This document shows positions 29,833 to 37,778 of a stretch of 64,000 nucleotides of DNA, in pieces. A model generated the notes under the pieces. It did not search any database. It was not told the origin of the DNA and saw only the letters and a program-made list of their open reading frames with translations. A program made the translations under genes and the position numbers. Within the stretch, counting starts at the first letter, position 1. Each line of letters starts with the position of its first letter. Source of the DNA: Polyangiales bacterium (GTDB taxonomy: Bacteria; Myxococcota_A; Polyangia; Polyangiales; Ga0077539); contig JBGARZ010000016.1 in the NCBI GenBank assembly GCA_044229975.1, positions 96,001-160,000 on the forward strand, in the 5' to 3' direction.

Positions 29833-30842
29833 GGGGCGCGTGGGCGTTGGCGTGCCTTCTCGCGTCGGGCACCCTCGGGGCGCAGCCGCTGCCAGGAGAC
29901 GCGTTGGAGGCGCGCCTGCGACGCGGGGTGGAGCTTCGGCGGGCCGGACAGGACGAGGCGGCATTCGCGGAGTTCGAGGCCGCCCACGCGCTCCGGGCCG
30001 AGCCGCGCACGGCCGCCCAGCTCGCTCTGGTGTGCCAGGCCACGGGGCGTTGGATTCGGGCCGAGGTGCTGCTCCGGGAGGCGCTCGCGGCGCCCGACGA
30101 CGGGTGGGTGCGGCGCAACCGCGTGGCTCTCCAGGGAGCGCTCGCGGTGGCCGAGCGACACCTCGCCACCCTGGAAGTCGTGGGTGGAGCCGTCGAGCAG
30201 GAGGCTCACGCGCAGGTGCGCCTCAACGACGAGGCCGTGGGGACGCTCCCACTCCCGGGGCCCGTGCGGGTGCTTGCTGGAGCGACGGCCCTGGAGGTGC
30301 GGGCCGAGGGCTTCGTCCCCTTCGTGCGGCGCTTCGAGATCGCGCCCGGCGAGCGGGTTCGCGAGCGCGTGAGCCTCGTGCCGTGGCGGCCGGTCACGCC
30401 AGAGCCCCCGAGGGTGCCAGTCGAACCCGTCCCGTCGGTGCCTCCGCCCTCTCTCGCGCCGCCCGTCATGCGCGTGGCGCCCCCGGTCGTCTCCTCGCGA
30501 GGGGAGCCGTCGTCCCTCGCGCCGTGGGGCGGTCTCGCGCTCGGGAGCTTCATCGGGGCGGGCCTGGTTCTCGGGGTCGGAGCGGCAGCGCTCGTCGTGC
30601 GGGAGGAGGCGGTGGCGTCCTTCAACCGTGAGTGCGAGCGAGGTGCGACGGCGGGAGATTGCGGCTCCTGGCGAGACCGGACGGCCTTCAGCGGGGGCGT
30701 CGCAGTGACCGCGCTGCCCGTGGGGCTGATCCTGTCAGCGGCGGGGACATACTTCATGGTGCGGCGTGCTCGGCAGGTGTCGGCCGTCCGCGTCGCCGTC
30801 ACCGGGCGCGCGTTCGTGGTCCAGTGTGCCTGGCGCTTCTGA
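29829..30842 (+). CDS. Secreted TPR + PEGA-like domain protein
   Basis: Signal peptide, TPR-like N-terminus (AEFEAAHAL), PEGA-like VGTLPLPGPVRV...LEVRAEGF, Gly-rich C-terminal segments. GTGA overlap with the kinase. Confidence 0.8.
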   Translation: MRGAWALACLLASGTLGAQPLPGDALEARLRRGVELRRAGQDEAAFAEFEAAHALRAEPRTAAQLALVCQATGRWIRAEVLLREALAAPDDGWVRRNRVALQGALAVAERHLATLEVVGGAVEQEAHAQVRLNDEAVGTLPLPGPVRVLAGATALEVRAEGFVPFVRRFEIAPGERVRERVSLVPWRPVTPEPPRVPVEPVPSVPPPSLAPPVMRVAPPVVSSRGEPSSLAPWGGLALGSFIGAGLVLGVGAAALVVREEAVASFNRECERGATAGDCGSWRDRTAFSGGVAVTALPVGLILSAAGTYFMVRRARQVSAVRVAVTGRAFVVQCAWRF

Positions 30843-30855
30843 TACCGTCGCGCGG

Positions 30856-32196
30856 GTGGACGCCCCGGAGACCAGGCTCAATCCCGACCGCGTCACATCT
30901 CGGCACGTCCGTCGCTTCGTGGTCCGTGTGGTGGCCGGGCCCGACGAAGGAGCCGAGCGACAGTCTGATGGCACCCGCCTATCCATCGGATCCGCCGAAG
31001 ACGCCACCCTGCGACTCAGTGACCCGTATGTGAGCCGTTATCACATCGAGGTCGAGGCCACCGACGAGGGCGTCACCGTGCGCGACCTCGGCAGCCGAAA
31101 CGGCACCCGGGCGGGCGCGCTGCAGGTGCGCGAGGCGAGCCTGCGTGGCGAGGTGGAGTTCGCGCTCGGGCGCACGCGCGTCCTCGTGGTGCCGGGCGGC
31201 GACGCGGTGGAGGTTCCGCTGAGCGCGCGCGGGGCCTTCGGGCGCCTCGTGGGCGCCTCGCGGCCCATGCGAGAGGTGTACGCGACGCTGGAGCGCGCGG
31301 CCTGCACGACGGTGCCGGTGCTCCTCGGCGGCGAGTCAGGCACGGGCAAGGAGCTCGCGGCCCGGTCGCTGCACGAGGCGTCGTTGCGCCGCGACGAGGC
31401 CTTCGAGGTCATCGACTGCGGCGCCCTCCCGCCGACCCTCATCGAGGCCGAGCTCTTCGGCTACGAGCGCGGGGCCTTCACGGGCGCCCGCGACGCCCAC
31501 CCGGGCGCCTTCGAGCGGGCCGACAAGGGCACGGTCTTCCTCGATGAGCTCGGCGAGCTCCCCCTCGACCTGCAGCCCAAGCTGCTGCGCGTGCTGAGCG
31601 AGGGCGAGGTGCGCCGCCTGGGCGCCACCAAGGCCCGCAAGGTTGACGTGCGCGTGGTGGCCGCGACCAACCGCGACCTGCGCCGGGAGGTCAACGACAA
31701 GCGCTTTCGCCTCGACCTGTACTACCGCCTGGCCGTCGTGCGGGTGCAGATGCCCTCGCTGCGCGAGCGCCTCGACGACCTCCCGGCGCTGGTCGAGCAC
31801 CTCGCCGCCGCGGTCGTGCGCGAGCGGGGCGTGGCCGTGGAGGGCGCCTTCGACGAGGCCTTCTGGGGGGCCGCGCGGCAGCACCACTGGCCCGGCAACG
31901 TGCGTGAGCTTCGCAACTACATCGAGCAGTGGCTGGTGCTGCGCGTGGCCGCCCCGCTGGAGGCCACCGGCGAGGGCGCCGAGAGTTCGCCGCTCGGTGA
32001 CCTCTCGCGCTACCTGGCCATGCCCCTGCGCGAGGCCAAGCAAAACCTCTGCGACCGCCTGGAGCGAGCCTACGTCACCCGGATTCTGGAAGACACCCAG
32101 GGCAACGTCGCCGAGGCCGCGCGGCGGGCTGGCGTCGATCGGGTGACGCTGTTTCGGGCCATCCGGCGCTACGGCCTGCGAGGCGCCGAGGGATAG
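30856..32196 (+). CDS. FHA-domain sigma54-dependent enhancer-binding protein (Fis HTH)
   Basis: IGS...VSRYH...DLGSRNGT (FHA), [39 protein letters not shown]. Confidence 0.93.
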   Translation: MDAPETRLNPDRVTSRHVRRFVVRVVAGPDEGAERQSDGTRLSIGSAEDATLRLSDPYVSRYHIEVEATDEGVTVRDLGSRNGTRAGALQVREASLRGEVEFALGRTRVLVVPGGDAVEVPLSARGAFGRLVGASRPMREVYATLERAACTTVPVLLGGESGTGKELAARSLHEASLRRDEAFEVIDCGALPPTLIEAELFGYERGAFTGARDAHPGAFERADKGTVFLDELGELPLDLQPKLLRVLSEGEVRRLGATKARKVDVRVVAATNRDLRREVNDKRFRLDLYYRLAVVRVQMPSLRERLDDLPALVEHLAAAVVRERGVAVEGAFDEAFWGAARQHHWPGNVRELRNYIEQWLVLRVAAPLEATGEGAESSPLGDLSRYLAMPLREAKQNLCDRLERAYVTRILEDTQGNVAEAARRAGVDRVTLFRAIRRYGLRGAEG

Positions 32197-32210
32197 GGTC
32201 CCACCGATGG

Positions 32211-33605
32211 TCACATCGAAAAGCGGGTGAGGGTGAGCCGATCCCTCGACGGCGTCACCAGGAGCACCTCGTGCGGCGTGACCGCGGTCACGAAGGACGC
32301 GTAGGTGGCCGTCGTGAGGGTCATGTGCATCGGCCCCTGGAGGTACCCGCTCGGCGAGACGTCCGACCGCCATCGGCCGCTCGCGTCGAAGACCTCCACG
32401 AGCGGGTGGAAGATGTTGCTGAGGCCGACGAGGACGCGATCTTCGCAGCCCGTCGCGAGGCTGCCGCTCCCACTGTAAGCAAAGGAATTGCGCCCGTCGT
32501 GGGCGACGGCCGTGCCGTGCGCGGCGAAGGAGCGGTCGAGGGTGCCGTCGGGATGGTATCGCACCACGGCGGTGGGTCCGTAGCGATCGTCGTAGCGGGC
32601 CGAGATCATCCCACCGATCAACCAGCGCCCCGCCCCGTCACGTTCGAGCGCCCGGGCGTGGAAGTTCCGGTGCAGCTCCGGCGGGGGTTCGCCCCCTTCG
32701 CCCCACGCCGCGTCGCGCCGCCCCCGCGCGTCGAGGCGAACGAGCGCCGGCCGGTCTTCGACGTCCATGCACGCGAGCACCCACCCGTCGCCGTCGTGCA
32801 GCGCGTCGAAGCAGCCGTGCAGGGTGTTGTCGATCCACAGGCCCCGCTGTGCGAAGTCGGCGGCGAGGTTGCCCGCGGCGTCGAAGGCGAGTGCGAGCGC
32901 CCGCGACAGCGGACGCTGGCTGACGCTCTCATCACCGCCCACGACGAGGCCGCCCGAGGGACCCAGCGCCATGCCGTAGGGGTAGACGCCAGGGGTCGCG
33001 ACCGGCCAGGCGCTCGGCGGCACACGGAGGCGCCCCGCGTTGCCGAAGGTCGGGTCGCTGACGCCGCGCGCGTCGAGGCGCTCGACGACGGTCGTGACGT
33101 CCGCTCCCTGCAGCTCGAAGCCCGCGAGAACGATCCGCTCCTCGGCGTCCAGCCGCAGGCCGAGCCACGCGATGACGAAGGGCGCGACGTCGGGTTCGAG
33201 CAGTCGACCCTGCTCTCCCCAGGTGGTGTCGAGGATGGGCGACTCTGCCTCGAAGCGCCACACCGCACCGCGAAACGTGGAGGGACCGGTCCGGTCGTAG
33301 AATCCGGTCACGTACACATGGCCCGCGCGGTCGGCGCCCACGTCGCGCACGTTCATGCGCAGGAGAGGCGTATCCGCCACGAGGTCCAACGAAGTGGTCC
33401 AGCGCTCGACCGGGCGGGGGATGTTGCCGTGGTTGCAAGCGGGCGCGTCGCTCGGGCGCGCGGCGTCCACCACGTCCACCACGTCCACCACGTCCACCAC
33501 GTCCACCACGTCCGCCGCACCGCCCGCATCCATCGGCGCGCGCCCATCCAGTCTGGTGCACCCCAGAACGCTCGCCAACACGCAGATCCTCGCCACTGCC
33601 GACAT
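32211..33605 (-). CDS. Lipoprotein with delta-60-like beta repeats
   Basis: Lipobox VLGC, (DVV)n linker, repeats RLDARGVSDPTFG and RYHPDGTLDRSF. Confidence 0.8.
   Translation of the reverse strand: MSAVARICVLASVLGCTRLDGRAPMDAGGAADVVDVVDVVDVVDVVDAARPSDAPACNHGNIPRPVERWTTSLDLVADTPLLRMNVRDVGADRAGHVYVTGFYDRTGPSTFRGAVWRFEAESPILDTTWGEQGRLLEPDVAPFVIAWLGLRLDAEERIVLAGFELQGADVTTVVERLDARGVSDPTFGNAGRLRVPPSAWPVATPGVYPYGMALGPSGGLVVGGDESVSQRPLSRALALAFDAAGNLAADFAQRGLWIDNTLHGCFDALHDGDGWVLACMDVEDRPALVRLDARGRRDAAWGEGGEPPPELHRNFHARALERDGAGRWLIGGMISARYDDRYGPTAVVRYHPDGTLDRSFAAHGTAVAHDGRNSFAYSGSGSLATGCEDRVLVGLSNIFHPLVEVFDASGRWRSDVSPSGYLQGPMHMTLTTATYASFVTAVTPHEVLLVTPSRDRLTLTRFSM
33464..33513. repeat. 9-bp tandem repeat (cgtccacca) x5.5, encoding (DVV)n
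   Basis: Directly visible from 33464. Confidence 0.95.
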
Positions 33606-33691
33606 CGCGCGGATGGTATCAACACTGCCCGCGGCGGAGGATCATTCCGCGCCCCTCCCCGGGGAAGCCCCTCCCACGCGCGGTCGCCGAT

Positions 33692-33748
33692 GCAGCCCTC
33701 GTCGACGAGTCCGTCGCAGTCGTCGTCGACCGCGTTGCTGCAGGTCTC
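33692..33748 (-). pseudogene. Orphan fragment encoding a MopE-related 'putative metal-binding' repeat
   Basis: ETCSNAVDDDCDGLVDEGC in an intergenic gap, out of frame with the downstream 32211..33605 gene. Confidence 0.55.
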
Positions 33749-33849
33749 GGTCGCCGGCGCCCGCGCGAACGCGACCAACACGTAGGCCCGCTCCTGCCCG
33801 GCGGCGATGGCAGGCTCGCGAGGGACGTTGGCGACGAGGCCCGCTTCGA

Positions 33850-34464
33850 TCAGCGATCGTCGCGCACCAGCACGAAGTACTGGTCGAGCGACTTCTCACC
33901 CTTGTAGGCGGCGCCGATGCTCACGCCGTTGGTGACCTTGCGGAGGAAGTCCCTCGTCCCGGCGAACACGAACTTCTGCAGCCCCTGCGTGTTGGGAACC
34001 ACCGCGGGCCACCCCTCGGCCACGGCCTTGTCGGGCACCTGGAAGTAGTCGACCACGACGTCGCCGCGGGCCGACCACACCGGGTTGTCCTTCACCACGT
34101 ACGCGACGAAATACCCCGGCCCGAACCACTTCTCCGACGTGCCCTGGTTGTAACCGAAGACCCGCGCGCTCCCGTCGTCGGGGCGGCACACGCGCTTCTC
34201 GAAGACGCGAAACGCGCCCGGCGCGGGCCACAGCGTGTTGCGCCCGTGGTGGCGCACCTCGGCGCGGTCGGCCTTGGTCGGCGGGACGAGGTCGGCGAGG
34301 GTGATCGCCTCGGCCTGGGCGGCCACGCTGTAGAGCCGCCGCTGACCCGCGCGGTCGAGCGAGAAGAGGGCCTCGCGGCGCTCCAGAAACGAGCGCTCGG
34401 AGAGCCACTCGGAGACCTCGGCGATGCGCGTGACCTGGCGTTGCAGGAGCTCGGTGAGTTGCAT
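33850..34464 (-). CDS. Hypothetical cytoplasmic protein
   Basis: 204-aa ORF with typical codon usage; aromatic-rich motifs FGYNQG, GPGYF, VDYF. Confidence 0.8.
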   Translation of the reverse strand: MQLTELLQRQVTRIAEVSEWLSERSFLERREALFSLDRAGQRRLYSVAAQAEAITLADLVPPTKADRAEVRHHGRNTLWPAPGAFRVFEKRVCRPDDGSARVFGYNQGTSEKWFGPGYFVAYVVKDNPVWSARGDVVVDYFQVPDKAVAEGWPAVVPNTQGLQKFVFAGTRDFLRKVTNGVSIGAAYKGEKSLDQYFVLVRDDR

Positions 34465-34476
34465 GTTCGGGCGCGG

Positions 34477-34506
34477 ACTATACGCAGAATTGACGCGCCG
34501 GGTCGA
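34477..34506 (-). promoter_or_regulatory. Putative sigma70 promoter
   Basis: Minus strand TCGACC-N18-TATAGT, 12 bp before ATG 34464. Confidence 0.45.
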
Positions 34507-34512
34507 CGCCCG

Positions 34513-35259
34513 TCAGGGACAGCGGAAGAGCGCCGTGAGGTTGCGGACCTCGTCGTCGGAGAGCAGCTCGTTGGAGAAGGGCGGCATCGTGCCCGCGTAC
34601 CCGAGGAAGCTCCCGTGGCGGATCTTCTCGACGACCACGGTTCGCATGTACGCGGTGGCGTTGGGGTACGTGGGCGGGATGACGTCGGAGCAGTGCTCCA
34701 CCTGCGTGTCGTTGGGCACGATGGAGACCAGCGTGCTCAGCCGTCCGGCGCCGGTGCCGAGCGCGCCGTGGCAGTTGGCGCAGGCCCGTTGCCAGGTCGC
34801 TCGCCCCGCGGTCGCGTCGCCTTCACCCTCCAGCGGGCGTATCACTCGCGGCCACGTCGCGGGCACCGTCTGCGTGCCGGTGGTGGAGTCGGGCGGGCTC
34901 AAGGATTGGAGCCACGCGTAGAGGGCCTCGCCCGTGATCCCGTCGAGGTCGGTGGGCGTCCCGCGCATGAAGAACACCCAGCACCGCTCGACCGCCTCGC
35001 GCAGATGAACCGTCTCCCCACCCCAGTAGGTCGCCCGTCGCGCGGCGCCTTCGAGCGGCGCCCCCGGGAGGATGCGCGACCCGACGTCCGCGGCCCTCTC
35101 CGCGTGACAGGTGGCGCACGCGAAGACGTTGTAGCGAGAGCGGCTGGCGGTGGGGTCACGCGACAGCATGGCGCCCTGCGCGGCGGCGGTCTCGTTGACG
35201 ACCGTGTCGGCGCACGCGGGCACCAACAGCGCGAGCGCGAGAGCAGCGCGGAGGCTCAT
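34513..35259 (-). CDS. Diheme c-type cytochrome lipoprotein (TsdA/SoxA-like heme-1 region)
   Basis: Lipobox LVPAC, CATCH (35104-35118), AVERCWVFFMRG, CANCH (34768-34782), distal TMPPF. Confidence 0.85.
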   Translation of the reverse strand: MSLRAALALALLVPACADTVVNETAAAQGAMLSRDPTASRSRYNVFACATCHAERAADVGSRILPGAPLEGAARRATYWGGETVHLREAVERCWVFFMRGTPTDLDGITGEALYAWLQSLSPPDSTTGTQTVPATWPRVIRPLEGEGDATAGRATWQRACANCHGALGTGAGRLSTLVSIVPNDTQVEHCSDVIPPTYPNATAYMRTVVVEKIRHGSFLGYAGTMPPFSNELLSDDEVRNLTALFRCP

Positions 35260-36506
35260 GGTCGCGGCCTCGAAAAGGCGATGGCGTCGGGGAAGAACCC
35301 GACGGTGAAGCGGCGCACGGTGGTGAGGTCGTCGGGGCGCAGGGCGAGCACGTAGCCCGGCTGGTTGCGCGTGGCGTCGCTGTAATGGAGCCCCTCGCAG
35401 ACGAGGTAGTAGAGCCCGTCGGGGCCGAGCGAGACCTGGTGGGGAAGGGGGCACTCCTCGCGGGTGAACGAGCGGATGAGGGGATTGTCCCTGAGGTTGG
35501 TGGTGGAGACCCGCATCACGGCGTCGGAGCCCTGCGTGGGGATGATCATGAAGGCGCCGTCGGGAGAGAAGCCCGGGAAGTACGGCTTGCCCGGTAGTGT
35601 GCGGCTGGTGCGCGCCGGGTCGAAGGCGCCGGAGGCGACGTCGTAGGCGGTGAGCAGGGCGGTCATGCCGGTGCAGCCCACCCAGACGGTGCCGTGGTCG
35701 GGAGAGAGGGCGAGGGAGTACGGACCGTAGTTGGGGCTCGTGGTGCTGGAGGGCGGCCGACCGGTGAGGTAGACGAGGCGCACCGAGGGGCGCGGACCAT
35801 CGAGCGACACCACGCCGAGGGCGTCGTCGCCGTAGCAGGCGAGGTAGACCGTTCGTCCGTCGGGCGAGACGACCATGCCGTGGGCCGCGACGCACACCGG
35901 GATGGTCGCGGTGCGGGTCATGGTGGCGGTGTCGATGACGATGAGGTTGGAGCGCTGGCGATCGGGGTCGCCGACGTTGTTGACCGCGCGCAGCAGATCG
36001 AAGTGCGAGACGTACGCCGTGCGACCATCGGGGGAGAGGGCGATGTCGCCGGGGTTGGGGTCGAGGTCGGCCTGACCCAGCAAGCTGAAGTCGCAGAGCG
36101 AGCGCTTCACGAAGACGCCCAGCGCCGACGAGGAGCCGTGCTCGGCGTGTGGCCCCGCGGAGATGAGCGGCGCCGGAAACGACAGCGGCGAGTAGAGCAC
36201 CCCGAGCGTGTGGTCGAGCGCGAGGTGGTGCGGGCCGTTTTCCGCGAGGGGACCGACTCCGATGGGGTGCGTTCCGAGAACGGTGCCGGCGGCGAGGTCG
36301 AGCACCGACACGGAGTTCATGAGGCTGTTGGTGACGTAACCGAGGCCGCCGTCGGGAGGAGGCGGGGGAGAGGCGCAACGCTGACCCCAGGCGCCGCCGT
36401 CGAGGCGGTCGTAGACCACGCGCTCTTCGCCGCAGCCGACGAGCGCGACCGCGAGCGCGGCGAGGGCGAGGAGCAATGCGACAGGGGCGGGGCGGGCGCT
36501 GGGCAT
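35256..36506 (-). CDS. YncE/YVTN-family beta-propeller lipoprotein
   Basis: Lipobox LVGC, YVTNSLMNSVSVLD, repeated SPDGRT(A/V)Y. ATGA overlap with the cytochrome gene. Confidence 0.88.
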   Translation of the reverse strand: MPSARPAPVALLLALAALAVALVGCGEERVVYDRLDGGAWGQRCASPPPPPDGGLGYVTNSLMNSVSVLDLAAGTVLGTHPIGVGPLAENGPHHLALDHTLGVLYSPLSFPAPLISAGPHAEHGSSSALGVFVKRSLCDFSLLGQADLDPNPGDIALSPDGRTAYVSHFDLLRAVNNVGDPDRQRSNLIVIDTATMTRTATIPVCVAAHGMVVSPDGRTVYLACYGDDALGVVSLDGPRPSVRLVYLTGRPPSSTTSPNYGPYSLALSPDHGTVWVGCTGMTALLTAYDVASGAFDPARTSRTLPGKPYFPGFSPDGAFMIIPTQGSDAVMRVSTTNLRDNPLIRSFTREECPLPHQVSLGPDGLYYLVCEGLHYSDATRNQPGYVLALRPDDLTTVRRFTVGFFPDAIAFSRPRP

Positions 36507-36656
36507 GGGTTGCGGCTTCGAGGGAGGGCGGGGAAGGGTCATGCCATCGTCGGCCGCGGAATGCACTCGCGAGCGCGGTCGGCGGGTGACCCTGCGACAA
36601 CGTGACGCGTGGGAGGCTTGACCCCGCGTGGCGGTTCGTTCGACGCTGGCGCCGTG

Positions 36657-37778
36657 ATGCGTCGTCGTCGGGCTTTGGGTTGTGTCTTGCTCACCACCGT
36701 GATGAGCGTCGGGTGCTTCCCCGACAATGTCCTGCAACCGTTCGCGGACGGGTCGGTGGAGGACGCGGTCAACGACCTCGGCAAGGAAGACGCCGGCTTC
36801 GACGCGGGGCGCATGGACGTCCCCGTGGTCGACGCCTCGGACGGAGGCATCCCCGCGGACATGGGCGGCGCCGACGGCTCGGACATCGGCAGCGACACGG
36901 GCTCTGGCATCGAGGGCCCCGCCTGCGAGATGGCGCCCATCACGGCCGTCACATCCCGCGTGCTCATCTCCGACCTCGCGGGCGCCCGGGACTTCACCTT
37001 CGACGGCCGCGGCGGCGTTGCGATCTCGCTCGGCGCCACGGTGGTGCTGCGCCGCGACCGCGACACGCTGCCGGTGACCATGGTGATGAGCGGCGAGGTG
37101 GTGGCCCTGCGCTACACCCGCACGCACGGGCTCTTCCTCGCGACGGAGGTGCGCACCGACGCGAGCACGGCGAGCGGAGCGATCTACCAGCTCATGCCGG
37201 GCGAGACGATTCCGACGCTGCGCCAGGGCTCGCTGATGAGCGCCGGGGGTCTGGCCATCGGGGCCGATGACTCGGTGTGGTTCAGCGACACGGCGGCCAA
37301 CACCATCTTCCGCATGCCCGCCGACGCCGACGCGGGGGTCGCCGCGCGCGCGGTGGTCACCGACGTGATGGCGCCGACGCAGCTCCTGCTCGACGCCATG
37401 GGGCGCTACCTCTTCGTGGCGCAGTCGCGGGACAACAAGGTCGTGCGCGTCGACCTCGGCTCGGCCGACGGCGGAACCATCGGCGGCGCCACGGACTTCG
37501 TCGTGGGCCTCGGCGGCGTCTCGGGCCTCGCGCAGGACGAGTGCGGCAACGTGCTGGTTGCCGACAGCGAGCTCAACCGCATCTACCGCGCGCCCCTCGA
37601 CTCCAGCCTGATGGTGCGCCGCCTCGTCAACGACATCACGCGCCCGCGCACATTGATGTTCGGCGTCGGCGCCCCGTATGGGCCGCGCGAGATCTACTCG
37701 CTCTCGGCCACCGACGGCACGCTGCGCGCGGCCAACGTCATCGCGCGCGGCATCCCCCTGCCGGTCCCCGCGCCGTGA
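36657..37778 (+). CDS. SMP-30/NHL-like beta-propeller lipoprotein
   Basis: Lipobox SVGC, DAG/DVP linker, GLAIGADDSVWFSD, GLAQDECGNVLVAD. Confidence 0.75.
   Translation: MRRRRALGCVLLTTVMSVGCFPDNVLQPFADGSVEDAVNDLGKEDAGFDAGRMDVPVVDASDGGIPADMGGADGSDIGSDTGSGIEGPACEMAPITAVTSRVLISDLAGARDFTFDGRGGVAISLGATVVLRRDRDTLPVTMVMSGEVVALRYTRTHGLFLATEVRTDASTASGAIYQLMPGETIPTLRQGSLMSAGGLAIGADDSVWFSDTAANTIFRMPADADAGVAARAVVTDVMAPTQLLLDAMGRYLFVAQSRDNKVVRVDLGSADGGTIGGATDFVVGLGGVSGLAQDECGNVLVADSELNRIYRAPLDSSLMVRRLVNDITRPRTLMFGVGAPYGPREIYSLSATDGTLRAANVIARGIPLPVPAP

Noticed and set aside
33353..33781. ORF with a (WWT)n repeat
   Set aside because: The WWT run is the alternate frame of the 9-bp DVV repeat in the real gene; only the MopE-like fragment at its 5' end looks genuine.
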